From NCBI GenBank assembly GCA_000708835.1, contig DF237170.1:62001-126000 (forward strand): a stretch of DNA of 64,000 nt. Direction: 5' to 3'. The position numbers and the translations under genes were made by a program. This document shows positions 37,487 through 49,596 of this stretch, in pieces (position 1 is the stretch's first letter; every line of letters begins with the position of its first letter). This stretch comes from Klebsormidium nitens (lineage: Eukaryota > Plantae > Klebsormidiophyceae). The notes under the pieces were generated by a model, which was given only the letters and a program-made list of their open reading frames with translations, searched no databases and was not told where the DNA came from.

Positions 37487-38745
37487 GGAAACTCCAATCG
37501 TCCGGCGAAATTGTGACCGTCCTCTGGAGACTGGAACCCTAGAGACTCGGAGCCGCTTTTCGCCATCCCCCGGGACCCCGTGGCTTACCAAATCACCGAT
37601 TACCACAACGGCCCAGGGTAATTGGGATTAGACGTGCTTGGAGTGGTGTATGTGTTGGAGGAAGGCAGATCATTTCAATGATTCAGACGGTGGCCGGTAT
37701 TACCACTTCCATTGTAAATATCACCGTCGTCTTCCGACATCTCAGGGAGCAAGTGGAAACTTAGCTGGACTGGTTCACGGGTTGCATTGGAGGACGAGAA
37801 ATGCACATTACCAAACGAACGGCCGGGCGCTTAATAATCAGGGCCGTATTCCAGATCTGCATGCATGTATGACCGCACATGCCTGGCTGCATAATACTCA
37901 TACCCGTCAAGCTACATTCACGTATATGCGTACGCATTATGACTGACGCTCGATCCATGTTATACACTGTGACGGTTGCTTTCATTCGAAGCGGTTTGCG
38001 CTCCGAGCTAGTCCGAATGTATGTACAGTATGAAGGCTGATGAACTCGGAGGTACTCTTATACGGTACTAAGAGTGTATGGTCCGCACGTGACGCGTGAG
38101 CGCTGCATACCATGTAGCATTTTGGCAGACATAGTGAAGGCTCGAAAACAGCGCTTCCGCTGCGCCGCACCGTTGTTTGAATTGAGTGACACAGCGCGCC
38201 TCGCGATTCAAGCTGCCAGTAACGCGCACCTCTGCACGTACTACAAGCTGAATCACCATGAGCGTCTCAATTGGCATGTGCAGGGAAGAGTGCTCGAACG
38301 AAGTTCCTCTTGCCTATACTTTCGATAACGATTGCAAACCCTGAGTCATCATGCATGGCCACCCTTCTTTCACACATCCTGATTAAAGGGCTTGCCGCAG
38401 AGTCAATTGTCACCGGGCACTGCAGAACAATGCACGTTTCCATTGTCCGAGTGAGTCAATCTCGTCTCATGCAGTATGCTTGACAGCTGACCCAGCGTGC
38501 CTTAAATGATAATAAGCATCTTCAATCTACTGCATGTCCTACCTTGCCTCAAGGAGCCGCTGCTACTCAAGTGCTGAGGCTGCCATCATTTCCGTTGGTG
38601 TCGACGTGTACAAGCGTACCCGCCGCCTTTATATGGAACACGCAGCCAAGTCTTTGTTTCTCGGAAGACTCGTCTGCCTCCGACCCTGCAACAGAGACTC
38701 AAGTATGTTCCTGCTCGCGAATTAGCCTCCCCGCTCTAATCACTT

Positions 38746-41693
38746 TCAATGGCTAGACTCATCCGCAGCAATATTTACCAATTTTGGCCTCCCGCTCTTC
38801 GTATCCACCTCCACCCGATATCCCATCGCCTCCGTTTCTGCCGTGTTCGCGCCCCCCCGGACCTCCAACCCCGCAATCTCATTCTGATTCCGTTCGTTTC
38901 CCTCGCACAGATTCCGCACGGCGAACAGCGCCCACTCGCGCAGGTACGGACTCGACTCGTCCACTACGCACTGCTGCAAAACGAGGAGCAGCCCCCCCCC
39001 CACCCGCACTGCGTTTTGGACCCGGGGGTTCCGGTGCGCGGCGTTCGCAAGAACGGCTACGACGTCCCGTCGGTATCCTAGGTACGGACTGTGGTTTGGA
39101 AACTGCCCAGGAACGCTAGAGGAACTCGGCCCCGGCTTGCTCTCCGCAACTGGGGGTGCTTGACCTGACTCACCCGCAGTTTCGCCGACCCCCCTGGACA
39201 ACGATGTTATGGTTTCGCCACTAGGCTGTCTTGGATCCGCTGCGATGCTTCCGCTCCGTGCCGTTTCCGAGCTCTCCCCGCTCTCGTTCGACTCGCTCTG
39301 GGCCTCCGATTCGCTCGCAGTCCCTTTTACCCGAAGCCTCTCGGGGAGGCCCAAAGCCCGCAGCAGATCCAACAGAAGCTGCACGAATCCCCCCCCCAAA
39401 AGCGCCGACATTGCATCCGCCCCAAGCTCGACAACCCGAGCGGCACAAACCGAGGACAGCAGGCGGAGCGACAAGGCCAGAACGTCGATCGCGGGGTGCC
39501 CGGTTGGAATGGCCGGAGGAAGCGGGCACCAGCTTGGGGGAGTGCTTTTTCCGCTTGCCGCGGCGCTCGTCCGACCACTCGTGTCGCCGGATCTGCTTTG
39601 GGACGTTTCTGCATGCTCTGGTTCGGGAGTTCCGTTTCTACTGCTAGCAGGGGCGGGGCTATCGCCGTGTTGAAGATGAGTTTCACGGACGAAGTTTCCG
39701 TTCGCCGAGCGGGACGGAGAAGGGGCAAGCTGCTCTGCAATGTGGTTGGCGGCGCCCTTGACGAGCCCAAGAAGAGAGACGGCGGAGGAAGGCGGGAAGA
39801 GGAAGGGCGAGGACTCGTGTGCATCTGCAATGAGAAAGGCAGCGGGCGTGTTTGAAAAACGAGACCATTCACTCAGACGGATTAAAGAGAAGGGTGCTCG
39901 AGGAGATTCGAAACAAGTCGAAAATATTGCGTAAAAGCAGATGGGATAGCCCACACTTCCGAATCCGTGAACGCGTCACTTTATACGTCGTTCTCATAGC
40001 ATCTCAAGTGGCAATTTTCAATCTACAACACCAGGAAGAGAGACAAGAGTAAGAAAGGAAACCTCTGACGAATCAGTCAAACTTTCGTTGTATTCACAGC
40101 TTTCTCATAGTGGGCTTATCCAAACGACACTGACAGAAAGGGAGACAATCCTTCAGTTAGGGAACATTGATCAGCAACTCTGTGCAAACGAAGAGTGACT
40201 GACGATTGTGTGTCGCAGCCTGTCAAGGGAGACCGGCAGAAAATTTGAGCGGGGGTCCGCAATCATACTCATAACATGAACGCACAGTCTTTCAAGTGAA
40301 ACAACTGAAAACTTCGCCAAAATCCCAACAATTGTGAGCCAGAACATGCTCTTTGTCCAAACAACTTCGAAACACTCTTCGAAACAGCATATTCATTGTC
40401 ACTGGCCCTTATCACTAGTGCGGGACACAAAGAAACACACAGCTCACCTGTCCTCATGCTCAGTGCTTGCAAACAAACACTCAGAAGCGCCGCTTGCTCC
40501 TCAGTAAAGCCTTGCTTAGCTTCGCTGACTTCATCTTCAAGGCTCAGCTCCTTCACACCGGTGTCACACCCGGTGTCCTGCTGTTCTGAGCCGCTGTTTG
40601 ACACCGCTGTGAACACTTTTGACATGAGTGGATGCTGCAGGCACAACAGGTCTACTAGAATCTGGAGCCACTCGCCACCCCCAAAACGAGGCGCCTCCGA
40701 CCCGGGTTCGGTCCTTTCCCCGTTTGAACGGGCTGAGGAGGCTGTAGGGGGCTCGTTCGCAGTGAACGAATTTCCGGATAGGGAGGCAGGAAGTTGGCTG
40801 AAGGAGAGATCTTCGTCGCTTGTGGGCACTGATACGGAGGCTGGAGTAAGGAGAGTGTCTCCTGAAGTTTCTTGAGTGGCAGTGCAGGCAGAATGCCCAT
40901 TCGGGAGGGACGTCGACGGCCCCCTCCGCTCCCCCCTTTGTACTTTATCCGCCTTCGAGGTTTCTAGTCCCAACTGCTGATCCCTACGAGCGGCTGCGAA
41001 CAACGAGCGGAGCAAAGGGGGATCTCCACAGAGCTCAGCCCGTCGCAACTCGGACTCACGACAGCACCGGAAGAGCAGCATGCACAGCGGCCCCTGTATC
41101 TCCTCCACCGGACACTTGGACAGCTGGCGGAACGCGTCCGGACAGCAGGCCGTCCAAATGGCAGACTGATGCCGCTCGCCGCCCCCCGCAACATTCCCCA
41201 GCGTCTGAATGGCCGCTCGAACAACGTCGATGGAGTCCGTATCAGACCACGACAGGTGTCCGAAAGCTAGCGACAGCTGTGCAAGCCTCTGGACGCCTCC
41301 GTCCAGAAAAGCGTCCTGGTTCGCTCTCTCCCCAGCACAGAGGTTGCGCAAAACTCTGAGCAGCAGCATCAGTGGCCTCAGCACGAAGCCACCCACAGCA
41401 TCATCCCTCGACTTCCCAGACTCCTGGCTAGAACCTGAGTTAGAACCCTGGTCTCCTTCGTCATTCCATAAGTTTCTCAGCTTGGGAGAATGGCTTCCCA
41501 GCAAAGGCACCAGCTTCAGCAGCCTGCTCACCGCCCCATGCGCCGCCAGAGCCTGCCGCCCCTCTGCTGACTTTGTCCTTGCCAGCAGGTTGTCCAATGC
41601 TTCCTCCAGCAGCAGCAGGCACGCGGGGTCTGCAGCAGCAAAGCTGGCGGCCAAGCTCTCCAGCCGTGAGAGCAATGCTGCGTCCTGCGCCAT
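38746..41693 (-). CDS. ATXN10: Ataxin-10 family ARM-repeat protein
   Basis: Exons (-): 41693-40448 and 39824-38746. N-terminal LLRVLRNLCAGERANQDAF; C-terminal GYRRDVVAVLANAAHRNPRVQNAVR..LLLVLQQCVVDESSPYLREWALFAVRNLCEGNERNQ (Ataxin-10 domain). Confidence 0.93.
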
Positions 41694-43235
41694 GTCTGCG
41701 CGCTGCTGGCGACTGTTGTGCGGACTGGGCCGTCCAGGTGGTCAAGCATGGGCGGCCGACCCCATGCTCAATCAGGTCGATAATGGTTGATGCTGAACTT
41801 GGAGGAAATTTAGATAGTGGATTTTGGGAAGAAGCTCGGTTCTGGTCGCAATCAGCCGACAAAACGGGTGGGGTCAATTTTAGAATTCAGCGATTGGTCA
41901 ACTGGTCGGCAACGATCACCTTGAAAGCAGAGTCTGTGGACAGGTTCCGCGCGCTCCCGTTCTAGTTGCCTGCTCGGCGTTTTGCTTGTCCATTCAGAGT
42001 CCTTCAGAAACATATGCATGGCTGTCGGTGCAGGAGCATGCATGTCAACTGAGGCGCTAGGGGTTCTCTTCAGCCGCTAGAGTTGCAATGCTTACATGTT
42101 TGAGCCGCAGTGCTCTTTGGCACAATTGTGCGGCGGTGGCATTGCTGGCAAGAGACGTTAGGTGCACATTAGGTGCACATTGAAATTTGAGACCTTGTAG
42201 TGGTTGAGAAGGAGCCCCTCCAGATGACGCTGGGAAAGGAGGCCTTGCTGCAGGTCTAGCTATCAATGTGACGTATGCTGCTTCGTACAAAGTGAGTCTC
42301 TTGCACCAACGGCATTTGTAGGCTTGGTTCGGGCTGTTTGCTGGCCCGGGAGCTTCTCTGATTCCCCTTTAATTCATCATAGAGTGAAGCCTCGCTACTA
42401 TTGACCAGCGTGTGAACGGAAGCTCTTTAGAACTTGCTGTTATATCCTCTGAAGAGACTTGTTGGAGTCATTTTCCTTGGAAATGCATCACAAAGTATGG
42501 GGGGAAAAGTCCAAAAACTGAGAAATACATTTGTCTTCCTAGGCAACAAACAAATGTACACAAAAAGCAAAGCTGTAATGCATGCTCTGTACGGGCATCA
42601 TCCACCAGGACTGTTTTTCCTAATGAATTGGTAGAAATCGAACGACACGTTCCAAGTGAGATCGATCCCAGCAGATTTGAACTGGCTACTTTGCATTAGA
42701 ACGGTTTTGTTTGTCTTCTAGTCCAGCTGCTCTTTACTGATCTCTAGCTGATCAAAGAGAAGTACATCAGGCAAACTGACAATCCATCTTGGCAGAAGGA
42801 TAGTTCAATCGAAGGCACTCAACAACTCAGATGCACTAAACACCCCGCGGCAAATTGTCCTGCTTGACCTTGTCCCTCTCAAGTGTTGTAGCCGCTCTCT
42901 TTTCTAGACGTTGTCAGCTCCCCTATTCAACAACTGTCCGTACATTTTCTGAAACTCTAAAGTTCATAACTGGTCTGAATAAGTGACTGTAAGCTCAGAA
43001 ACAGTCTGAGTCAATGGTATGGCTGCTTTTGATGGCCTTACAAACACAACTGCAGCTGTCTATGAATCGCTTTTCTGCGACCTGACGCTGTTGCTCTCCT
43101 TTGTCCAGGACTTTCCCGAAAGCGCTTCGGACCGGTCGCGCTTCTGCCATCGTACACAACATTGCCGAGAGACTTCGGAACCCAAGTTATTCGCAGTTTG
43201 CAAGGCGAAAAGTGGTTCCAACGCAGCGATTCAGC

Positions 43236-44672
43236 ATGCCAGCTGGCGGGAGGGGCAGAGGGGGAAGTCAGGAGGAGGAGGCACTTCACCGAATTGTGCG
43301 AGACGTGAGTGGCGTCAGCGGGGCGCACGGTACGGCAAAGAAGAAAAGAGCGGTCAGTGCAAGAGACGGAGCAAGCGACACCGGAGCTGGAAGTCTGAGC
43401 GAGGGTGTAGAGACGGCTCAAAGAGATATTCAAGAAGCGGTGAAGCAGGAACACTGGTCTGGGGACGGAACGGACTTGGCTTCAGAGGAAGTGGGGATCG
43501 CTGGTGAGCGTAGGATGAGCGCTGAAGGGGGGAGGGAACAAGAGGCTGACGTTGAGATGGGGAATGAGGCTGGGGACGGAAAGGGAGAGTCGAGTAAGGG
43601 AAACGAGGACTTAGACTCAGAGGAGGAAGCCGAAGCAAAGGCGGCTGTGGCAAAGTCGAACTTGTTGGAGTCGTTCCGGTTTGAGGGCGCAGCGAAACGG
43701 AGGAAAGGGGAGAAGCCGGCCGCTGAGCATCGGAAAGAACACAAGCGGAAAGACGAACCCGTGGTCAAGCTCGAAAACGCGCCAACAATGAGCGGTTCTG
43801 CAAATCCTGCTATCGAGTCAGCATTCGAGGGAGGAAAAGAAGACGAGATGCGCTTCTTCAGGCAGCTGTTGAAGCAACGCCTGCCGCCCCCAGTGCAACC
43901 GTTCGGAGCGGAAGGGGGAACTCTGTACGTGGGCACTTCGGGATGGGACTACAAAGACTGGAAGGGCCCGGTTTACCCCGAGAAGCTGAGCAAAAAGGAC
44001 TGGTTCTCGCACTACTGCTCGGTGTTTAGCACCGTCGAAGTCAACAACACGTTCTACCGGTTGCCGGCGCCCGAGGTGTTTGCGGCATGGGGCCAGCAGG
44101 CGCCTGAGGGGTTCACTTACGCGCTCAAGTTCAGTCGGTTCGGAAGTCACATGAAGAAGCTGACGGACCCCCAAGGAACGGTCGGGCTTTTCGTGGAGCG
44201 CGCTTCGCATTTGGGGGGGTCGCTCGCAGGGCCCGTGCTGGTGCAGCTGCCCCCCCGCTTCAGCGCAAACGCACCCCGGCTGGACGCGTTTCTGAGCGAG
44301 GTCCCCCGGGGGGCGCGGTGGGCGGTCGAGATGAGGGATCCCTCTTGGCTGTGCGAGGACGTGTACGCGGTGCTGAGGCGCCACAACGCCGCGCTGTGCA
44401 TTCACGACCACGAGGATACAGTTCGGGGGGGTCCGCACCCCAAGGTTCTCACTGCAGACTGGTCGTACGTTAGGTATCATGGGCCCGGGGGGAATTACCG
44501 GGGGGGTTACGATAGGGAGTTCCTAGCGGGTCAGGCCGAGTGGATTCGGGGCTTGCTGTCGGAGGGCAAGGATGTCTATGCGTACTTCAACAATGACGTC
44601 GCGGGGCACGCATTCTTTGATGCGCAAGAGCTTAGATCCGGGGTGCAAGGAAAGACGTTAGAGCCTAGGTAA
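43236..44672 (+). CDS. DUF72 (YecE-like TIM-barrel) protein with a long charged N-terminal extension; no intron in this CDS segment
   Basis: Single ORF. C-terminal ~250 aa: YVGTSGWDYKDWKGPVYP, FSTVEVNNTFYRLP, FTYALK, GPVLVQLPP, WAVEMRDPSW, YVRYHGP, VYAYFNNDVAGHAFFDA. A strong acceptor at 43108 suggests an upstream (probably 5' UTR) intron, so the start could lie further upstream. Confidence 0.9.
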   Translation: MPAGGRGRGGSQEEEALHRIVRDVSGVSGAHGTAKKKRAVSARDGASDTGAGSLSEGVETAQRDIQEAVKQEHWSGDGTDLASEEVGIAGERRMSAEGGREQEADVEMGNEAGDGKGESSKGNEDLDSEEEAEAKAAVAKSNLLESFRFEGAAKRRKGEKPAAEHRKEHKRKDEPVVKLENAPTMSGSANPAIESAFEGGKEDEMRFFRQLLKQRLPPPVQPFGAEGGTLYVGTSGWDYKDWKGPVYPEKLSKKDWFSHYCSVFSTVEVNNTFYRLPAPEVFAAWGQQAPEGFTYALKFSRFGSHMKKLTDPQGTVGLFVERASHLGGSLAGPVLVQLPPRFSANAPRLDAFLSEVPRGARWAVEMRDPSWLCEDVYAVLRRHNAALCIHDHEDTVRGGPHPKVLTADWSYVRYHGPGGNYRGGYDREFLAGQAEWIRGLLSEGKDVYAYFNNDVAGHAFFDAQELRSGVQGKTLEPR

Positions 44673-45698
44673 ACATGACCAGGACTGCTTGATATACGTT
44701 GGCGTGGAAGAGACAGCAATCATGCAGTCCTGATCTTTGAGATGGGGCCTGAACTGATCAGATGACGTGTGTACGTATACATAATGCAGCACAGGTTCGA
44801 TCCTGCCGGGCTCAGACGTTCCGGAAGGCTTGTGTTGTCCTTTGATTGTTTGTGGACGTTAAAATCGCGGTCAGGCCCCTTGCATTTGACGCTTCAATGT
44901 AGTGTACAGAGCAATATTGCAGTGACCTTCTAATCAGTTGATTTATAGAATTATGCACTTTAACATTCTGTCAGGGGCGCTGACAAATATTGATCCTCAG
45001 TCACAATTTCAGCATGCATATATAGTCAGTGCTAGATTGGCTTCATATTCCGGCCATATTGGTCCGAACACGGAGCTCATGCATCTGTACAGTCTCTGCA
45101 TGGCTGGGCGGCGCAAACACGGCCCTTTTACGCGGTAGACCCTTGCCCGCATTCTCGCTGGCGATATGCTTACTGCTAACATGATTGCAATGACTAGGAC
45201 CAATTGGCCGACCAATCACGTTCTACTGTAGTCGATTGAGCTAGGAGCGCTGCGTGTACGGCTCCTTTCAATCGATCGACCGTTCAATCTGCTTCGAGGT
45301 CTTCAAAATTGCGAACCGTTCTGTTCGATCCTTAAGATTTATGTATTCAGGTCAGAAAAGCATGCGTGCCGCCCAGCGGTTTTGATCACCCAAATAAGCA
45401 GACATGTCTCGAACAACCTTAAGCAGGCCCCAACAGGTGGACTTCAGAGGTTTCACTTTAGTGCTGCAGAGTTTTAGTTGCTGGTGCACCAAATCTCGGC
45501 TACGATGTGGAACTTACGAGGTGTATCAAGGACTGCGGTAAGTATCACAACTTTCAATGCGAGTGCCCAAGGTAAGTAATGGGAATTGAACGGCTGTCAC
45601 AGGCACAAGCTGGTGTAATGGTCATCCAAACGGCCAATCTATCGTCTCCATTTGAGCAGCACTATGCGTCGACAACCGATCGCGTACGTGATTTTGAC

Positions 45699-48600
45699 CT
45701 AGTCCTCTGCATGATCAATGACAGACTGCCACTTCTTTCTGTACGGATCGACGCTGTAGATGTTCTCCTTGACTGTGTTGGCCAGCAGCTCCAGGAGCTC
45801 CGACTTCTGTCTCGAAGACATTTGTTTCACGGGGTTGGGATCCTTGATTATCTGCCTACGAAGCTCGCACTCCCGTCTATGTTTCGAGCAGCAATTGCCT
45901 TTCTCTCCTGCAAGAACAGGTGACGGCTTTCACTTTCTGCACGTGTATGTCACAGGGGAGTAGAAAAGCCCGAGGTTCCTGCTTTTGACGGTGATGGCTG
46001 GACAAATAGATTGGCAATTCGAACAGTGGATCTGGATGGAAAACTTAGCTGACTGACTTTTGAAAGGAAATGGATCAAATCCTGATCGTTCCATTAGGGG
46101 GGATGGTCCTTAAGTACTCAACGAGTCCAAGTAGTTGATGCTTGTTCCAAGTCAGGAATTGCTGCGGCAAGCTCGCTTCAGAGGCTCTTACTTACGAAAC
46201 TGTGCCTCGAGATGCTCAATCTGACCGAGAGGATACGAAGCCAGTATTGTGAATGCTTATTGCAGAATCATATCAGCATCGCCTGTGCATCTGTGCATGG
46301 TAAAAGAAAAGAGCGAACGTGCTCACCAGCCCAGCAGACGCGAACTTGTTTGCAGGAAGAGCATGACTGGAGCTCCTCATCGATCTTTCCGCACTGGATT
46401 GACGAAACAAATGACGGTAAACGAACACAAGTGTCAGAAGGCGATTTTATATTGGCCTTTGCGCCTAACTTGGCCTTGCGCAGTAAGCTTTTCCAATGAC
46501 ATACGTCAATCAGGGTGACTTCGGGGCAAATTGTGTGGTAAGAAAGTCCCCATTCAACCAGGAAACCCAAAAGACAGATATTCGATCGGCTCGTATTCCT
46601 ATGGAGGAAGTGTTTCAGGAGAAGAAACACCTCCCCCCGTTATGAAAAGCAGATTGTCACAATGGAGGTTGACAAGGAGAGTGAGAGCCTTAAGTTTCCG
46701 GATGTAAACAGATTGTTCGCGCTCGTACGTGTATACCCAGCAACTCGCGGAGGTTCGGTGTTGACTTTGCCTGAGACAACGACCTTATGGAGTCTGGAAT
46801 GCAGACAGACAAAGCTCCTACATCTCAATTTGAGCGATATGAGCGATATGGCAATGTTGGACGCATTGACTTTTGAAGCTTTTGGTACTTGCGGGTATCA
46901 CTAGGATGAAATGGCTTACAGTCCAGCATACGTTCCACGGCGCGAACGCTGCCTCGTCGAAGATGGGGATGTTTTGCGAACCGTCCAGAAAGCTGAGGAC
47001 TTCCGCTTCCTCTAGCGTTGTCGGCATCGGCATCATGACCACCGGAACGGTTCCGCCGGAAGACGGATCCTCCTCCCAAATGCGGATAGCGACTTGGCCC
47101 CCAACGACAGCGTAGGGTTCCACCTCGACCAGCCCTCGTGCATTTTGCAGTGTTGTAACCTGCAGAATCACACAAGTTTTGAGGCTGATCAGCATAGGAA
47201 AAGTGCAAAGAGTTCTCTCAGCACTTCGGTGTATGTCCTTCAGTGTAATATTTTACTCGAACATCTGGTGACTGTGGTGAAATCACTCCGGAAACGTTTC
47301 TACGTAAGAATCATGATAAGTTGGTGGGGAAGGAAGTTTCTGGTCAAGGATCCACTAATGGACCTTCGAGTTGGCTTTGACGACCTCGAAGCTTGGCTCG
47401 AAATTCGCTTTTGCAAGCAGTCAACGTCGCAGAACTTTTCAATGAAGCAGAAAGAAGGTGGATGCAAAGGTCATTTGAAGTTTGACGCCAAAGCGAATCA
47501 ACAAAGCAGAAAGCTCAAATACTGAGGATCTACGAGGGTTAATTTTCTTTGCACACTTGGAAAACGTCCAATTAGGTTGGCTGCCTAATCCAACTTTCTT
47601 CTTCTCAGCAACATCAAAGGATTCATGTCTTGTCGATCAAAACACCTATCTTCGTCTTGTCGACTGGAGACCTTATCTGCATTTAGGTCGAGAGCTTACC
47701 CGATAGGACCGTGGTGACTCTAGGGCGGAGTCTCCTTCTTCGACTTTCAGAATAGCGAAGAGTGTGCACAACCCCTGTATGCTCTGGCAGTTTGTAGCGA
47801 TTATCAGATTCTGGTCGACTGGAACGAACAGGACGTTGATCGGCAGGCATCTGAGCGCTTCGCTGATCAACGAAAGGAATGAAGGGAAGATGAGTCTGCA
47901 GAGAGCTCGGTGATCTGCAAACCTGGCTACCAAAACAAGGGGCTCATGCTCGGGGTTCACGAGGCAGCTTAAGTCATAACCGATATCCTCCAAGCTTCTC
48001 ATCGACTCCTCTCTTTCGTTTGGACCAAACTGCTCGCAAACATAGTATGTGAAGCTTCGCCTCGTGACTTTGGACGTATTCACAAGCGCAAGGGCCAGAG
48101 CTGGTTCTTCTGGTATCCGCCACGTGGACAGGACCGATTTGCGGAGCCAGAGATCCGTCACAGAAGCGTTCCTCGAGCTTGCAATCAAAGGAGCCATCAT
48201 CAACTCGCGGCTGTGCTTGCTAAACTGCCACAGGACAAGAGCGGAAGGAGGCTTCTTGAGGTCCTCCTCGAAGTCTATGGAAAAGCACTGAGCATCTGAG
48301 TACCTCAGCCTTGACATGCTCGATACGTCCAGAAGGAGAGCCAGAGGTGGAGGCCCTTCTTGAAGAGTTGCGGTCAAGTCGATGAAGTCGTTACTCAGCT
48401 GACGGAGCACTTTCAAAAGGTACAGGAAGCAGTGCGTCTCGGAGCGGCTGGCTTTTGCTGCCTCATGTAGGGAGGAGAGGTTGACCAACACTCGAATGGC
48501 TGGGGACCCTGGCAGACAGACGCCCATAGTGCTCCGCTCTTCCTTCACTCGTTTGAACCTGCACTTGAAGGCTTCGAGCACCAGCCGAAAGATTCTCACA

Positions 48601-48770
48601 AACGCTGCGTAAGAGATTACCTGCGTCGATCCTATGTTCACTGATTCACAACTAGCTTCCTTCCCCATCCCTCCTCCGCAATAGCTGCTTCCATTTTTGC
48701 TGCCTGGCATGCATTCATCCATGCAGCCACCTCTACTCATGCACACGTTCTCGCCTGCTGCCACCTCCAT
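45699..48770 (-). CDS. Hypothetical multi-exon protein ending in a MYND-like zinc finger
   Basis: Large first ORF 48770-47673 and a further coding block at ~47150-46850. Terminal exons 46393-46327 (CGKIDEELQSCSSCKQVRVCWA) and 45907-45699 (G EKGNCCSKHRRECELRR...DHAED*) join in phase 1 with GT-AG. Middle exons are unresolved. Confidence 0.55.
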
Positions 48771-49596
48771 CGACACACCGCGCACTCAACGTGATGGAAA
48801 AACAATGGCGGCGGCCTTTGCTTGCTTTCATCGACAATTTCTGTTCTTACACTTCTGATTTCGAATCTGCTCACGAATCTTAACATGCAGATATCGGCAC
48901 TCAAGTACAGTAAAGCTCAAGCATCTGAGAGCAGACTATGACGACGCGGTCAGCTAGCATCTCTAGTAAGCTGTGTAAGATTTGATGAGCAAGAGGGGAG
49001 CAAAAGCTCCAAAAGTCGAACAATTGGAGTGAAACTTGATTTGACCGTCGAACTGATCAAGTGAACGCAACTGAGCGCAACTGAGCAGGCCTGCTATGAT
49101 TTCGACAGTTCAGCTCACGGCGCGTGGCCGTGCAGCCTAAGACGGTGAGGCGCGCGGCCGCCTGAGTCGGCTGGGCGCCGCGGCCGTGCATAAGCGGCTT
49201 GGCGCGCGCGCACGCGCATTCGAGATTAGGGTTCTGCAATGTGCCCATTCGTTCATGAACCGAGCTTTGCAATAAACTTTAGTCTTTAGGCTGTTGCTAG
49301 AATGTGAGTGACCAGCAGACGTGCAAGCGGGCGCAGACCTGCTGAGCCAACTATGGAGCTCCCATTATGGTAGTCTTGCAGGCTGATAGATGCTCCTGCC
49401 AGCAGGTGGCAGGCCTGCTGTAAAGCTTGTTAGCTCTTCCCAGCAGCTAAAGTACGACATTTGCCACTTTAGTGATCGACAGCGCCTTCCTAACCCGCCC
49501 GCTGACTTTCGAGCTAGAATACATACTTAGGCCCTTGGGGCTCGATTGAAAGCTGCGGCGCGGGTTCCTACACTGAAGCCTGAGAGTCTTCCCAAC

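Noticed and set aside
43236-44672. Bacterial contamination as the source of DUF72
   Set aside because: It is embedded between intron-containing genes, has host-like codon usage, and is preceded by a spliceosomal acceptor and a eukaryote-style extension.
44785-44815. GGTTCGATCC resembling a tRNA T-loop/B-box
   Set aside because: No A-box/D-arm, anticodon arm or acceptor stem could be built.
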